Of a stretch of 64,000 bases of DNA, positions 44,975 through 58,560 are shown piece after piece. The notes under the pieces are model-generated. The model saw only the letters and a program-made list of their open reading frames with translations, was not told the DNA's origin and did not search any database. Every line of letters begins with the position of its first letter. Within the stretch, counting starts at the first letter, position 1. The stretch comes from Salpingoeca rosetta (Eukaryota > Protista > Choanoflagellata). Made by a program: the position numbers and the translations under genes. The stretch lies in contig JAWQFM010000006.1 of NCBI GenBank assembly GCA_033442325.1, positions 1,609,611-1,673,610 of the forward strand, given 5' to 3'.

Positions 44975-45042
<68 letters not shown>

Positions 45043-48000
45043 GAAGGTGGTGTATCACTGTTAGTGATGCATGCGTACGGTATGCTCCCATTCAGCCCCC
45101 TCCTCCAATCTTGTCACTGCCGCCCTCACATCATGCCATGTCGCGCGGCGACGTGTCTCCAGGATGGCGAATGCGCACGACTTCATCATGGCGCTGCCTG
45201 ACGGATACAACACCATGGTCGGCGACTCCGGCACACAGCTCTCCGGCGGACAGGTCAGGACCCATCATCGTGGTGGCGGTGGTGGTGGTGGGTCCGGACA
45301 TTGTGGTGTGTACGCGCCGTTTGTTTCCTTCTCCGCCTCCCCTCACGCTGCTGTACACACGCACACATGCGTGCATTATTGATTTGCTGGTGTGCCTGAT
45401 AGCGGCAACGCATTGCCATTGCTCGCGCTCTCATCAAAGCCCCAAACATCCTCCTCCTCGACGAAGCAACCAGGTGTGTGTGTGTGTGCGTGTGTGTGTG
45501 CGTGTGTGTGGTGTGTGTGGCGTGCGCGCGTGTGTGTGTTTATGAGTGTGTGTGTTGCTGTTGCTGTTGTTGTTGTTGTACGGGTATTTATTGGGCCCAC
45601 ACGCGCTTGTGCTTTCCCCTTCCACAACCACTCACCTTGTTCATTCGCGCCCGCACCCTCTCTTTCCTCTCCCACCTCCCCCACTCCAGCGCGCTGGACA
45701 ACGAGAGCGAGGCGATTGTGAAGGAGGCGCTTGACCGGGCATCGACCGGCCGCACCACCATCATGATTGCGCACCGCCTGTCCACCGTGTTCTCTGCAGA
45801 CAAGATTGTAGTGATTGACCACGGGCGTGTGGTGGAGGCTGGCTCGCCGCAGGAGCTGCTTGACCAGCAGGGCGCCTTCTACCGCATGGTGCAGGCGCAG
45901 CACGGCCACGGCGGCGAGAACAGCCCGCACGGCCGCATGTCAATTGACGTCGCAGGCAAGCTCAACGCCAAGGTGCTGGCAGACTCGGGCAACGTTGGCG
46001 TGAGCACGGCGTCCTCGTCGATGCAGAACACCAAGGCTGTGGAAGTACGGCTGACGGCGGACATGGACGAGTCTGTGGAGAAGGCTGCCGACGAGGTGCC
46101 CAAGGTTGACCGCAGCATGGTGGGCTGGGCCTTTGAGCTGAACAAGCCCGAGCTCAAGTACATTGTGATGGGCTGCATCTGCGGCGCCATTGAGGGTCTC
46201 ATCTGGCCCGTGTACGCCGTGCTCCTTGCCGAGATTCTCACCGTCCTCAACACGGACAACAACAAGACGCGTGTGAACCAGTATGCCTCTGGCTTCATTG
46301 GCATTGCTGTGCTGGCCACTGTTGTCCTCATTGGCAAGCTGTACTTCCTCTCTGTTGCTGGCGAGCGGCTGACGATGCGGCTGCGCGACATGGTGTTCCG
46401 GGTGATGGTGAGCAAGTCTGCCGGGTGGTACGATGACCCGCGCCACTCCCGCGGCATCCTCACCACGCGCCTGTCGTCCGACGCCTCTGCTGTTCGCGGC
46501 ACGCTCGGTGACCGTCTTGGTCTCTTTGTGCAGATTCTTTTCACCATCCTCGGCTGCATCACCGTTGCCTGCATCTACTGCTGGCGCGTTGGCCTGGTCA
46601 TCCTTGCCGCCTTCCCCGTCGTTGCACTTGGCGGCGCCGTGCAGTTCAAGATGATCAGCGGCTTCTCCACGGGCAAGGCCTTTGAGCGCTCTGGAAAGTT
46701 TGCCAGCATCGCCGTCGAGGAAGTCCGCACCGTCGCTTTCCCTTGGTGCGTTGTGNNNNNNNNNNNNNNNNNNNNNNNNNNNNNNNNNNNNNNNNNNNNN
46801 NNNNNNNNNNNNNNNNNNNNNNNNNNNNNNNNNNNNNNNNNNNNNNNNNNNNNNNGTGTGTGGGTGTACGCAGATGTATGTGGGTGTGCGTGTGGGTGTA
46901 CGCAGGTGCATGAGGGTGTCCATTCCATCCCACCACCATGTGTTGAACCCTCATCATGATGCTGGTATCGTGTTGTCATCTGGTTCCCTTTGTGCAACAG
47001 GCCGCCTTGACAGCTTTGTTCAGGATTACTATGCCACGCTGGAGTACCCGAGCTCTGTGATGAAGAAGACAGCGCAGATCCAGGGCCTCACCTTTGCCTT
47101 CTCTGAATTTTGCGTGTTTGCCGTGTGGGCGCTCGCCTTCTGGTACGGCAGCGAGGTTGTTGACGACGGCTTCTGCGGGTTCAACGAGATGTTCACAGCA
47201 CAGATGTCCATTGTGTTTATGGGCATCATCGCTGGACAGGCTGGGTCGCTTGCGCCGGACGCTGTCAAGGCAAAGCAGGCTGCCAGCCGCCTCTACGCCA
47301 TGATTCAGATGCACAAGGAGGAGCAAGATGCCGAGGCGGAGAAGACGTATGTGCGGCCCCAGATTACGGGTCGCGTTGAGTTCAAGGACGTCGACTTTGT
47401 GTACCCGACGCGCCCCGATGCGCAGGTGCTGTCCAAGCTGAACCTGTCGGTGGAGCCCGGCAAGACGATTGCCCTGGTCGGCCAGAGCGGGTGTGGCAAG
47501 AGTACGATGATTTCGCTGATTGAGCGGTTCTACTCGCCCGTTGGCGGCAAGATCCTGGTGGACGGCGTGGACGCGGAGAAGATTGACCCGGGCCACCTCA
47601 GGAAACACATTGCCCTCGTCACCCAGCAGGTATTGTGTGACTCTGTGTGTGTGTGTGTGCGTGCGTGTGTGTGCGTGCGTGTGCGTGTGCGTGAACATGT
47701 GTGTGTGCGTGTGTGTGTGTGTGCGTGTGTGTGTGTATCTATTTGCGTTGTGCGGGGACAGGTCGTGTCAGAAATTGAACTGCAGCAACCTGACAAGACA
47801 CATTGACTCGTTGTGTTGTGACGTCTTGCAGCCTGAGCTGTTTGCGTCTTCCATCAAGGAGAACATTGCATACGGCATCCCCGAAGACGTGCCCATGGAG
47901 TGAGTCGCTGCAACTGCTGATGGTGAAGACGAATGTACATGCATGATGAGAGAAGAAGCACAACACTGGGTGGGGAGCGGCTGCTTGCATGACACGTTTT

Positions 48001-48313
48001 ATTTGGGCGCAGAGACTGATGTGCGTGTGTTGCACTGCCTTCCTGTTTCATTCGTCAGGCGCATTGAGGATGCGGCGCGAAAGGCCAATGCCTATGATTT
48101 CATCCAGGAGTTTCAGGACAAGTTTGACACGCTCGTTGGCGAGAAGGGCGCGCAGCTCTCCGGTGGCCAGGTTGGTTCTGTGGACTGTAGGGGCATTGCA
48201 GCAGTGTGCGATGCTCGCTCGGCCTTGGTCCTGTTTGTGGGCGGTGTTGGCTTGCATGTGATCACCAAATCCCAACCACCCCACCTCATCTCACGCCACT
48301 GCCAACATCAACT

Positions 48314-48350
<37 letters not shown>

Positions 48351-49311
48351 ACAGCGCCAGCGCATTGCTGTTGCACGTGCTCTGATCCGCGCAGACGACA
48401 TCAAGATTTTGCTGCTGGACGAAGCTTCCGCTGCCCTGGACACCAAGAGCGAAAAGCTCGTGCACGAGGCCTTGGACAGGTGTGTTTTGTTTAGTGTTTG
48501 TTGGGTGTGTGTTGAGGGTGTGTGTGTGTGTGTTTGGAGAAGTGGCAATCACGATGTACCACGCGTCGTGCATCGATGAGAGGTTTCATTTTTTTGCTTA
48601 CGAGATACACCACTACTGTTCTGGTGTTGGCGGCACAGGGCGCGCAAGGGCCGCACGACGTTTATTGTTGCGCATCGGCTGTCCACCATCAAGAACGCAG
48701 ACGAGATTGCTGTCATCAAAGACGGCAGGGTCGTCGAAAAGGTGTGTCATGTGTGTGTGTGTCATGTGTGTGTGTGTGTCATGTGTGTGTGTGTGTGTGT
48801 GTGCGTGTGTCAAGAACAATTTATGGGGTTGCTGCTGCTGTTGTACTGCGTTTGCTCGTGTGGTACTCTCGCCGATCCCTGCTGACGCGACATGTCACCG
48901 CCACTATATTCCTGTGCTTGCCTGCCGTAGGGGTCGCACAAGGAACTGATGGCGAAGAAGCAGCACTACTATGAGCTCGTCAGCTCGCAGGAGTTTGTGA
49001 CGTATGAAGAAGACGACGAGACAAGCGGCAGCAACACGCCCTCCCCCGCCAACACCGATCACAATGACGATGACAACAACGAGCACGACGACGACGACAA
49101 TGACAATGATGGCGGTGCCACCGGGGAACACCTGCCTGCTCCAGGTGATGACCATGGTGATGATGATGATGGCGATGACAATGGCGATGGTGGTATGCAC
49201 ACGAACGGTGGTGTTGCTCCTCGCCAATCCTCCACTGTGTCGCTCACGCTTGCTGGTGATGGTGGTGCTCGCAAGGACTCGTCGACAGATCCAGATGAAA
49301 GCGTGCAGTAA
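42171..49311 (+). CDS. ABCB1: Full-length ABCB (MDR1/P-glycoprotein-like) transporter, TMD-NBD-TMD-NBD, with Asp-rich C-tail
   Basis: ATG GCC CGA C|gt at 42171. [23 protein letters not shown]1: [40 protein letters not shown]2: [13 protein letters not shown]2: [37 protein letters not shown]. Exact orthology within ABCB not established. Confidence 0.93.
46756..46855. other. Assembly gap (N run) inside an ABCB intron
   Basis: 100 N. Confidence 1.
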
Positions 49312-49679
49312 GTCTTGCTGCTTGTGTCGTTTGTGTGGGTGGGTGGGTGCGTGCGTGGATGTGTTATTGTATGCTTGTTTGAGCCAGCATGCAGTTGCTC
49401 ACATGGTGTTCGTCTCCTTTCTGTTTTGCAGGACCATCGTGATCTAAACACCCCTTTCTCCGTGTTGGCTGCTTGTTTGTTTGATGAGGTTGAACGTGTG
49501 TAAGAGAGAGTGCTGCTTGTTGGCCGTTGAATCGTATGGTGACGCTTGTTTGACTTGTGTTGTAGTCGTTGCAGTTGACAACCAAGTAAACTGTTGTTGA
49601 GGATGCCTTTTATGGAGACAAAAGAAACAAGCGCAAGCATGTGTGTGTGTATGTGTGTGTGTGTGTGTGTGTGTGTTGG

Positions 49680-49782
49680 TTACATGAGGGGTTTGCCGAT
49701 TTCGCTCTGGAAGCGCCGCGCCTTCTCAAAGCCGTTGCGCCTGCAGCAACAACAACCCAAACGCCAAGGTGGTGAGCAATGC

Positions 49783-49831
<49 letters not shown>

Positions 49832-50247
49832 GCGTGTATGTGTGTGTGTGTGTGTGTGTGCGTGTGTGTGTGTGTGTGGTAAACGGAAAGCAATGCACTG
49901 TTCTGTTCTTCTGCTCACCCCGTCTGGTAGTCGAGGAAGGCCTGCTGGATCTGTTCGGGCGTGTTCATCACAAACTGGAGATAAACAGCAAAACAGTAAA
50001 GGGGAGGGGAAAAGGGGTGCTTTTGTGAGTGGCTGACATGAAGAAGCAACAACACAACACACAGCACACCACAACACACAATCACAACATACCGCCGCCG
50101 TGCTTACCGGTCCGTACTGCACAATGGGTTCGCCATGGGGAACGCCGGCAATGAGAACAAACTCTGCAGCGCCCTTGTCCGCCTTGATTGTCACGCCCGT
50201 CTGCTCGTCGTCCCGCGTCAGCGTCACCTGCGTGGTGTTGTGTTGTG

Positions 50248-50300
<53 letters not shown>

Positions 50301-51672
50301 TGAGTGTGTGTGTGTGTGTGTGTGTGTGCGTTTGTTTCTGTTGTCTGTCCGTCTGTCTGTCTATCTGTCTGTCTGTCTCTCCGTCTGTGCGTGTCTGTGA
50401 GCAAACGCACTGTGTTAGTGAAATGACATGCGCGCGCGTGAACACTTCCCTGCAACCGCCATTTGCAACTCACCGTGCTGTGGGCTTCGCACTTCTCGCC
50501 ACTCTCGCCGACGAGGATGGTCCCGGAGAGCGTGTACAGGAACGCATTCATCTCGGCTGGGATCTGGGTCGTGAACAAGTCATGACGTAGCATGGAAGCA
50601 GAGGTTACTGACAAGGATGATGGCTCAATGGACTGCTGATGGCATGATGTGCGACGCACAGCTGCACGCACACACACTCACTCACTCACTCACTCACTCA
50701 CTCACTCACTCACTCACTCACTCACCTCCTGGTCGAGGCGGGAGTCTGGCTGCATCTTGAAGTGGAGGTAGTATGTCGGCGTGCGTGTGAACACGGGAGA
50801 CTGCAACACAACAACGAACCCACAACACACACAACGTTGACGAGCGGTCAGAGTGAAGACGTGATGTGAAGCAGGAAGAGACGACGGCTGCACATACATG
50901 GTTGACATCCCCACACACTCACACTCACACACACACATACACACACAACAACAGCCAGCAGCTCACCTCGACGCCAAAGGCCTTGCCGGCAATGATGATG
51001 GCCTCCACACCGTCCTTCTCCGCGTGCGGAATCTCGTCTGCCTTGAGCTCCTGCAACAGACAACATGTAAAGATGGGTGTGAACCGATAAGCCTTGAAGA
51101 CAAGCCTTGAACATCAATGTGCAAATGCACATTGACACCCCCCACACAACCACGCACGCAAATGCAAGCACACACCCACTCTTACACACCCCCAGACACA
51201 CACACGCACACACGCACAGATACACACACAACACCTGGTATTGTGGCTCGACAAGCTTGTCCTTGGCACCAAGGTTGACCCAGAGCTGGAGGCCGTGGCC
51301 TTCTTCTGAGGCGGGCATCTCCGCGTGGACAACACCGCGACCAGCCGTCATCCACTGCAGGTCGCCTGCGTTGATGCGGCCGCGGTGACCGCAAAAGTCC
51401 TCGTGCTCAAACGCGCCGTCCAGCATGTACGTGACAGTCTCGAAGCCGCGGTGCGGGTGGTCTGGGAACCCGGCGCCCTTTTTCACGCGGAACTCGTCCA
51501 GCATGAGGAAAGGGTCGAAGTTGCGCAGCTCGGGGCGTCCAATGGACCGGCGCACGCGCGCGCCCATGCCCTCACCCTGCTCCTGCGACAGGAGCTGCGC
51601 CGCGTGTGTGGATTGTGTATTGTGGGTGTATTGTGTGTGAGCGAGTGTGTGTGTGTGTGAGTGTGTGTGTCA

Positions 51673-51707
<35 letters not shown>

Positions 51708-52075
51708 AAGGGAGTTAGAGACGACGACGACAACAACAACAACAAACAAACAAACAAACAAACAAACAAACAAACAACAAACAAACAACAACAACAACAA
51801 CAGCAACAACTTAAACAACAACAACTTAAACAACAACAACCTAAACAAACAACAACCTTAAACAACAACAACAACAACAACAACCACACAACCTGCTGGT
51901 TGACAGCACGGGAAACAACGGGGGCTGCGGACGTCATGATGGAACGTGTGGTGGTTGAGCAAGAAGCGGTGGCGGGCTTTGCACCAACAGCACAGGTCTC
52001 AGCAACACTCGAAGCAGAGGCGAGGAATGCGGCTCGTGGTTGTCTTGCAGCGAGGAAAAATAACGCCTTCAACAT
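49680..52075 (-). CDS. PIR: Pirin (iron-binding bicupin) with possible N-terminal mitochondrial presequence, 8 exons
   Basis: EQGEGMGARVRRSIG..DPFLMLDEF..GFPDHPHRGFETVTY..GDLQWMTAGRGVVHAEMP..LQLWVNL; GEPIVQYGPFVMNT; NGFEKARRFQS. Stop 49680-49682. Confidence 0.95.
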
Positions 52076-52376
52076 GTCACACACGTGCACGTGAGCGGGG
52101 TAAAATGGATGCGAGGCAAGCAAGCGGGTTCGTCACACGGGCACATATGAGGTGATGTGATGTGACATGATATGACAGACGCCATCAGACACACAGACCA
52201 GAATCACATCAAGCAAGCGAGCAAGCACGCGCCGCCTTGCACCTGCACAAACAACGTTGTTGCAACCACTGCTGTTCGCGTCATTCGTGGCTGATTTGTC
52301 ACCGCACGATGACGTGAGATTGTTCACGAAGATATCGCAAATTCTCCACACTCGACAACCACCAAACAAACCAAAG

Positions 52377-52408
52377 ATGGTGTGTTTGTGTGTGTGTGTG
52401 TGTGTGTT

Positions 52409-52448
<40 letters not shown>

Positions 52449-53287
52449 GTGTGTGTGTGTGTCGTGTGTGTGTGTGTGTGTGTGTGTGTCTACGTGTGTG
52501 TGTGTGTGTGTGTCTGTGTGTGTGTGTGTGTCTGTGTGTGTGTGTGTCTACGTGTGTGTGTGTGTGTGTCTACGTGTGTGTCTACGTGTGTGTCTACGTG
52601 TCTGTGTGTGTTCGCAGCTCCCTCTCTCCCTCTGTCGCAGCTCCCCCTCTCCCTCTGTCCCTCTCTCGCTCGCTCATTCCCTCAACTTTTCTCCCTCCCC
52701 CCCCTGCCCCTTCTTCTATTCGACAGGATCGGGAAACATGGGAGGACGACCAGGAGGGATGGTCCATGTACCTTGACAAGAAGGTGTGTTGTTTTGTTGT
52801 TGCGTTGTGTTCTGTGTTGTCACGTTGTGCCTGTCTAGATCTTTGTGCACACTCGCATCAATTGTGTTGACGCCTTTGTTGGCTCCTGGGTCCCCCTACA
52901 TCTTGTGTCTGTGAGTGTTCTCTCTCACTCGCGCACCATCTTGGAGCACAACATGCATGGATTCTTCCTTTTTTCCTGCCCCTCACCTCCCTCAAGTCCT
53001 CAAACTCCTCATCTCCTCCTCACCCCACCACTTCCCATCTTCTTCCCATGTCATCTCTACTGCAGGCGGAGTTGAAGGAGGAGCAGCATGCATATGTCAC
53101 GGCACACCCGGAGCTGAAGCACCTCGTGTCAGATTTCCTGCAGCACATCATCGTGCGCAAGCCCGACGACGTGTACCAGGCTGCCAAGGACTACTTTGCC
53201 CAATTCAGAGAAGATGAAGATGAAGACGAAGCCGAAGACGAAGCCGAAGGAAACGAGACCAATGGTACTGGCACAACAGCACAATAG
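52377..53287 (+). CDS. Small protein with RIIa-type dimerisation/docking domain resembling the CATIP C-terminus
   Basis: ATG|gt at 52377, then exons DRETWEDDQEGWSMYLDKK / AELKEEQHAYVTAHPELKHLVSDFLQHIIVRKPDDVYQAAKDYFAQF plus an acidic tail. HPExxxLxxDFL..PxD pattern. Confidence 0.7.
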
Positions 53288-53294
53288 AATGTGC

Positions 53295-53369
<75 letters not shown>

Positions 53370-53370
53370 G
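53295..53370. repeat. (CAT)n microsatellite
   Basis: Seen directly. Confidence 0.95.
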
Positions 53371-53405
53371 CGTGCTCTTCTTTTGATGTTCCTCTTCTTC
53401 GCCAG

Positions 53406-56400
53406 TGCTGGGCTACTGTCTTGCCAACAACCAATGGCTACTCAGCCAGCACTGTGCACCCTTTATCGATCGCTGTATCTGCGACACAATAAACGACCAA
53501 CACGAGAGATCAAGAAGCAAGCAAGCAAGATCGACAACAACAAGCCCACAACAGCATCCACTCCCACCACAACAGACAGCAGCGCCGGCCACAGCAGCAC
53601 CGGAAGACGACAGCACAAAAGTTCGTCGCCACAATAAAAAAAAATTGGCGGCAACTTCAAAAAATCTCGCACTGCCAACGAATGGTGACCGCCAACGCAG
53701 AGCGCAGCCAGCCAGCGATGGAGACGACGACGACAACGATGGCAGCCACCCGCCGAGGTCGGTCGGTGGAACAAGCAACAAGAAGGGAGGGAGAGGAGAG
53801 ATCCAGTGGTGCGTGTTGAACATTGCCTTGCTCAATGCACACACGTAATCGCACACACACACGCTGCACACACTCAATCGCGCACACACGCACACACACG
53901 ATGCACACGCACACCCAATGCACACGCACATGCACTGACATGAACAGGGCTGAGTCAGGCCACAAACACACCACGTGAGCGTCAACAACGGGATGCAAAA
54001 CCGCAACGTGGTCCCGCTGCAATCAACACATCGTAAGCACACATCCGACACTCACACGACGTTGCACATGCAATCCACTGTGACTCGCGCTTCAACGCAT
54101 TGGCTCACACAAATGAACAAACACTGCAGGAAGCCACACCAAAAGAAGAAAACGGGCGTGAAAGTGCCCGACTGGAACAAGATACACGCCAAGGAGGAGC
54201 GCCGCAAGCAGAATGTGAGCGCTGTGCACCTCGCTGAGTCTGCTACTCCACATCCAGGCACAACCGACACCCGATACCATCCTTCGCGCCCATCCTCACG
54301 ATTTTGTGCCCTGTGTTGTGCCTTGTTGGGTTTGTGTCCGGTCAGCGCCTGGAAAAGCTGAAGAAGCCAACAACCAAAGTGGAGGAGTTCCATTTCAACA
54401 CAACCGCCCCGGTACGGGTTCATCGCAATTGATACCTTGATCCTCCTGACGTGCAAAGTAGATGAGGTTTCTTGGATCAATCAACCGCACCATGCACACA
54501 CACACACGTTCACCATAAACTACACTCACATTCATTGCCACGTTCGCATCATCAACCGCACCACTCACACGCACGTCATCAACCACACTTACAACACACG
54601 ATTGTACAGTCCCCGAGCGGTCGACAGGAGCCAGGCACGCTCAAGGTGTACGAGGACACAGATTCGAAGAGGCGAGCAAGCCCAAGACCACAAGGACAAG
54701 CGAGCAAGGCAAACGAGGACAACGCGTTCCTCGCACACCCGTCCTCACTCAACGCCATCCTCTCCGCCAACGACACAGAGGTAAGGTTGACAGCACATGG
54801 GGAAGAAACCATTATTGAATCCCGCACAGTCACTTAAGCGAAGCTGTTCACATGCGAGCATACACACCCTTATTCGCAAATTCAAAACAACCGCCACCAT
54901 CATCACACCTTACACCACCACCACTCACACCACTCACACTACCACCACTTCAACTTAAACACGTGTGACCTTGTACTTCAGCAATTGCACCAGAAGCAAC
55001 GACCGCCCGCCACACCCTCTGCGCCGCCAACAACATCGGCACTGGAGAGCGTGCTGACACGCGAGCGTCTGGAGGCCCATCGCCGCCGCCGCGAAACCAT
55101 TGCACTCGCAAAGAGCGTCAAGCCCTCTCCGCGCCGGCGCCACCCTGGTGCACAGCGTTCTCTCCTGCACTCGCGTTCGGCCGCAAGCCAACAGCACCAC
55201 GCCCCAGTGACGCCTGGACGTCTTGGGCTCGGTGCCTCAAAGGGGGTCAACGTGCGCCGAGAGACGCTTGCAGGCGGTGCTGTGGCCGCAGCTCCATCCC
55301 TGTCTGCGTCCGTGGCTGCCACCCCTGCCGTGTCCCGATCAGGGCATGCTGCAAACCATCAGCAGGACGCTGAGGACGGCAGCGGCTTTGAGCCTGATGC
55401 CGGCAGCAAGGAGGCCATTGTCAACAACACGGGCCTCTCCGATGCGTGGGCAACCACCCCACTCCGTCAGACACTCTGCCCATCTGGCATGCGCGCGGCA
55501 GAGCGACGCAGGCAGTTCTTTGAGCAGACGCCGGCCCGTCACCACCACCGCATGGGCACCACGCCAAAGACGCACGTGCACCGCGCACGTCGCCATCCCG
55601 AAAAGCAGCAGCAGCAGCAATGCGAGGGCGATGGTGAGGGTGCTCGCGTGCCCGCAGCCCACGGCAGCAACGCGCATGCAGCCATGCTGCGCACACCCTC
55701 TGACGAGCATCTGCGCCGTGCGCCAAAGAGCCCGAAGACAAAACCGTCCCTGGTCAGCCACCGGGAGACCTTGTTGACGCCGCATCGCACAATGCAGGCA
55801 ATGCCTGCAGGCACGCAAGTGGAACAGGCAGAACGTGCACGTGCTGTGAATGCGAACGAAAACGCCGAGGCTGCTGTCACAACCGGCACAGCTGGCCTGC
55901 GGCTGTCTGTGCAGAGACTGTCACAGAGCATCATGAAGTCGACCCAGCGACAAGGTCGCACGCGCAACGCTGGCAGTGGCGGCAACACTGGCAGTGTTGG
56001 TCACATCCGCTCCTTCAACGCGCGCATCGCAGATGCACTGCAGGAAGAAGAGAATGAAGATGAGGGTCGTCAGGGGGGAGTGAAGGAATCAAGTGTCGGT
56101 GGAAACACGCCTGCTCCTCCGCCCAGTCTTCAACGCGTCAGCAGTCGTCGCCATGTCCTTGAAGCAGAACTTGCTCGCATTCGCGCAGAGGTGCGTGCAT
56201 GTGTGTGTGTGTGTGCATGTGTGTGTGTATGTGGGTGTGGGTAAGGGTGTGAATGTGGGCGTGGGCGTGGGTCGGTGAGTCGGTGTGTCTGTGTGTCTGT
56301 GTGTGTGTGCGTGCTTTCGTTGGTGGCACCAGTCGTCATTGTGTGTCTTGGTGAACCCATTTGCAGTCTGTCCTGTGTCAAATCGCCAGAACGCTTGCGC

Positions 56401-57329
56401 TCATTCTTTATTACACCTCCCCCCCCCCCACACACACACACACACGCACGCACACGCACACACACACGCACACACACACGCACACACACACGCACACACA
56501 TACACAGGAGGAGCGGTTGGAGCGTGAACTGCTGGCAGAAGCGGGCCTCCAGCGCCGCGGCAGCGAGTACAGCGACGCCCACGACGACGACGACGACGGT
56601 GGTGACCGCAATGTTGAAGGCGAAGGTGGCGTGGGAGGGAATACTAAGACGCACGCATTGCACACGCTGCCAGTAGTGGTGGAAGAGGAAGAGCACGAAG
56701 GAGAAGGCCACGAAGAGAGCGAGCACACGGGTGCGGCCACGGCATCGACCCACAGCGACAGCGCAGCCACCAGGCTGGTGGACGCGTTTGACCTGGTGCA
56801 GCAGCTGCGGCGCGACATTGACGGAGCAGCGACAACGGCGCCAACAGTCATGGCCACTGTCAACAGCAGCGGTCGGAGCGCCACCACCCACTCTACATGC
56901 ACAACGCCAAGCGCCAGCAACACAAGCAGCAACCGCAGCGAACACGCAGCACCGGGCATCAACGGCCACGCCGCACCAATGCCCGCAAGCAACGCAACCA
57001 CTGCCGACTCCTCTGCTGCCTATGCTACTGCTCACGACGACGAAGGCGAGGACGAGGAGCTCGTGGCCATTTTCTTCAACGCCGTGGCAAACACGCTCCA
57101 AGGCACCGCGCCGCCCATGCTTGAGCCGCGACTTCCGGGCGACCCGGTTGCAGAGCGCCTGCACCAGCTCAGTGTCGAGGAAGACAAGGAGTTTGAGCGA
57201 CGCGTGAGCACGGATGGAACCGACCTGCCACTCGGCATGTTCCGGCCCATCACATCTGCCAGCTGCGTGAACACCCCAAGCACCACAAGCATGCTGCCAG
57301 CGGCACTGGCGCAGCTCCCACAGCATTGA
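53406..57329 (+). CDS. Low-complexity basic/disordered protein, putative microtubule-associated (tastin/NuSAP/TPX2-like motifs); 5' end uncertain
   Basis: Phase-consistent exons ..GEIQW/AESGHKHTT/KPHQKKKTGVKVPDWNKIHAKEERRKQN/RLEKLKKPTTKVEEFHFNTTAP/..AFLAHPSSLNAILSAN../long exon 54982-56190 (FEPDAGSKEAIVNNTG; many TP/SP)/terminal exon to stop at 57329. Confidence 0.6.
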
Positions 57330-57510
57330 CGATGTGCGTGTACGGTGTTGAAGCTGTGCAGTGCCGGGCGGTGCGCTGTCCTCTGACCACAGCTTGCTTG
57401 TATGCTTGTGCCTTTGCGCTTCACTATCGTTCCAGAAAACAAGTGTCACTCACACCTGCTCTGTTTTGTCGTTTCTCGGGTTGTGCTTGTGTGTCTGTGT
57501 CTGTGTGTGT

Positions 57511-57549
<39 letters not shown>

Positions 57550-57947
57550 TGTGTCTGTGTGTGTGTGTGTGTGTCTGTGTCTGTGTCTGTGTCTGTGTAT
57601 GTGTGTCTGTGTGTCTGTGTGTGTGTGTGTGTCTGAATGCTGCTGTGTTGACACATACATGCCTTGCTTGCCTCGTTTGTTTGGTTGTTACCCCCCTTCG
57701 CATCTGGTTTGCGCGTTACACTTTGGTGGTTGGTTGGGCTTTGGATATCGCTACCTGACTTGCTTTGGTTGTTGCGTCCATCATCCAACAAGAAACAACG
57801 GGACATTGGTGTGATGGTGAGAGGGATGGTGGGGTGGATGGTGGGGTGGAGGGATGGTTCATGAGAAGGGATTGGGGGGGGGGGTGGCAAAATGGAAACT
57901 TCGGGCCTCAAATTTTTTCCTGGAGATGAATCCTTCCCACGACCAAA

Positions 57948-58522
57948 ATGGATCGCTGTCCTGTCGTCCGGAATACGGCGCTGGTGCTGGCGATGCTGGT
58001 GGTGGTGCTGGCTTTGGGCGAACCAGTTCGACCTGCTCCTGATCACGCACGCTCTGTAGCAGTGCAGCACTTGCAGCTGGTGGACTTCTTCTCCCCAACA
58101 GCCACGACATGGACAACAACAGCAAGAACGACAACCAGTCCTTCCGATGGCAGTACTCCTCCACCACCTTCTCCTCTCAACCGGACAACCTTCTTTCAGG
58201 ACGTGTATCAGCACGACACGTTGATCGCACGGGATGCCACATCTGCACGCCTGCGATCCCTGACACGGCCACTCGGACAAGTGCAAGAGCTGTGCCACGC
58301 CTTTGAACAGCAGGCCCAACAGAGCGGCGGCTTCCATGTGAGTGACATGAACGTGAAATGCATGGCATCTTGGTGCCTGTCCTTCGCCTGTCTTGTCTGC
58401 TGCTGTTGTTCGTTCAGCGAGCAGAACCCTGGGTGTGGTGGGAGAAGGGCATTGGAGGAGAAGGTTGAGATGATGATCCCTTGCCTGCAAGCAAGCGTTG
58501 TCAGCTGCCTTGCCGCTTGCAG

Positions 58523-58560
<38 letters not shown>

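Noticed and set aside
53682-53808. ATG-initiated frame MVTANAERSQPAMETT as the start of the low-complexity gene
   Set aside because: Carried through the next two exons, this frame hits a TGA in the 54129 exon.
58418-58462. Possible extra exon (RAEPWVWWEKG..) in the first intron of the JmjC receptor
   Set aside because: The available donor gives a phase mismatch with the next exon; the direct FH|IKE join is in frame.
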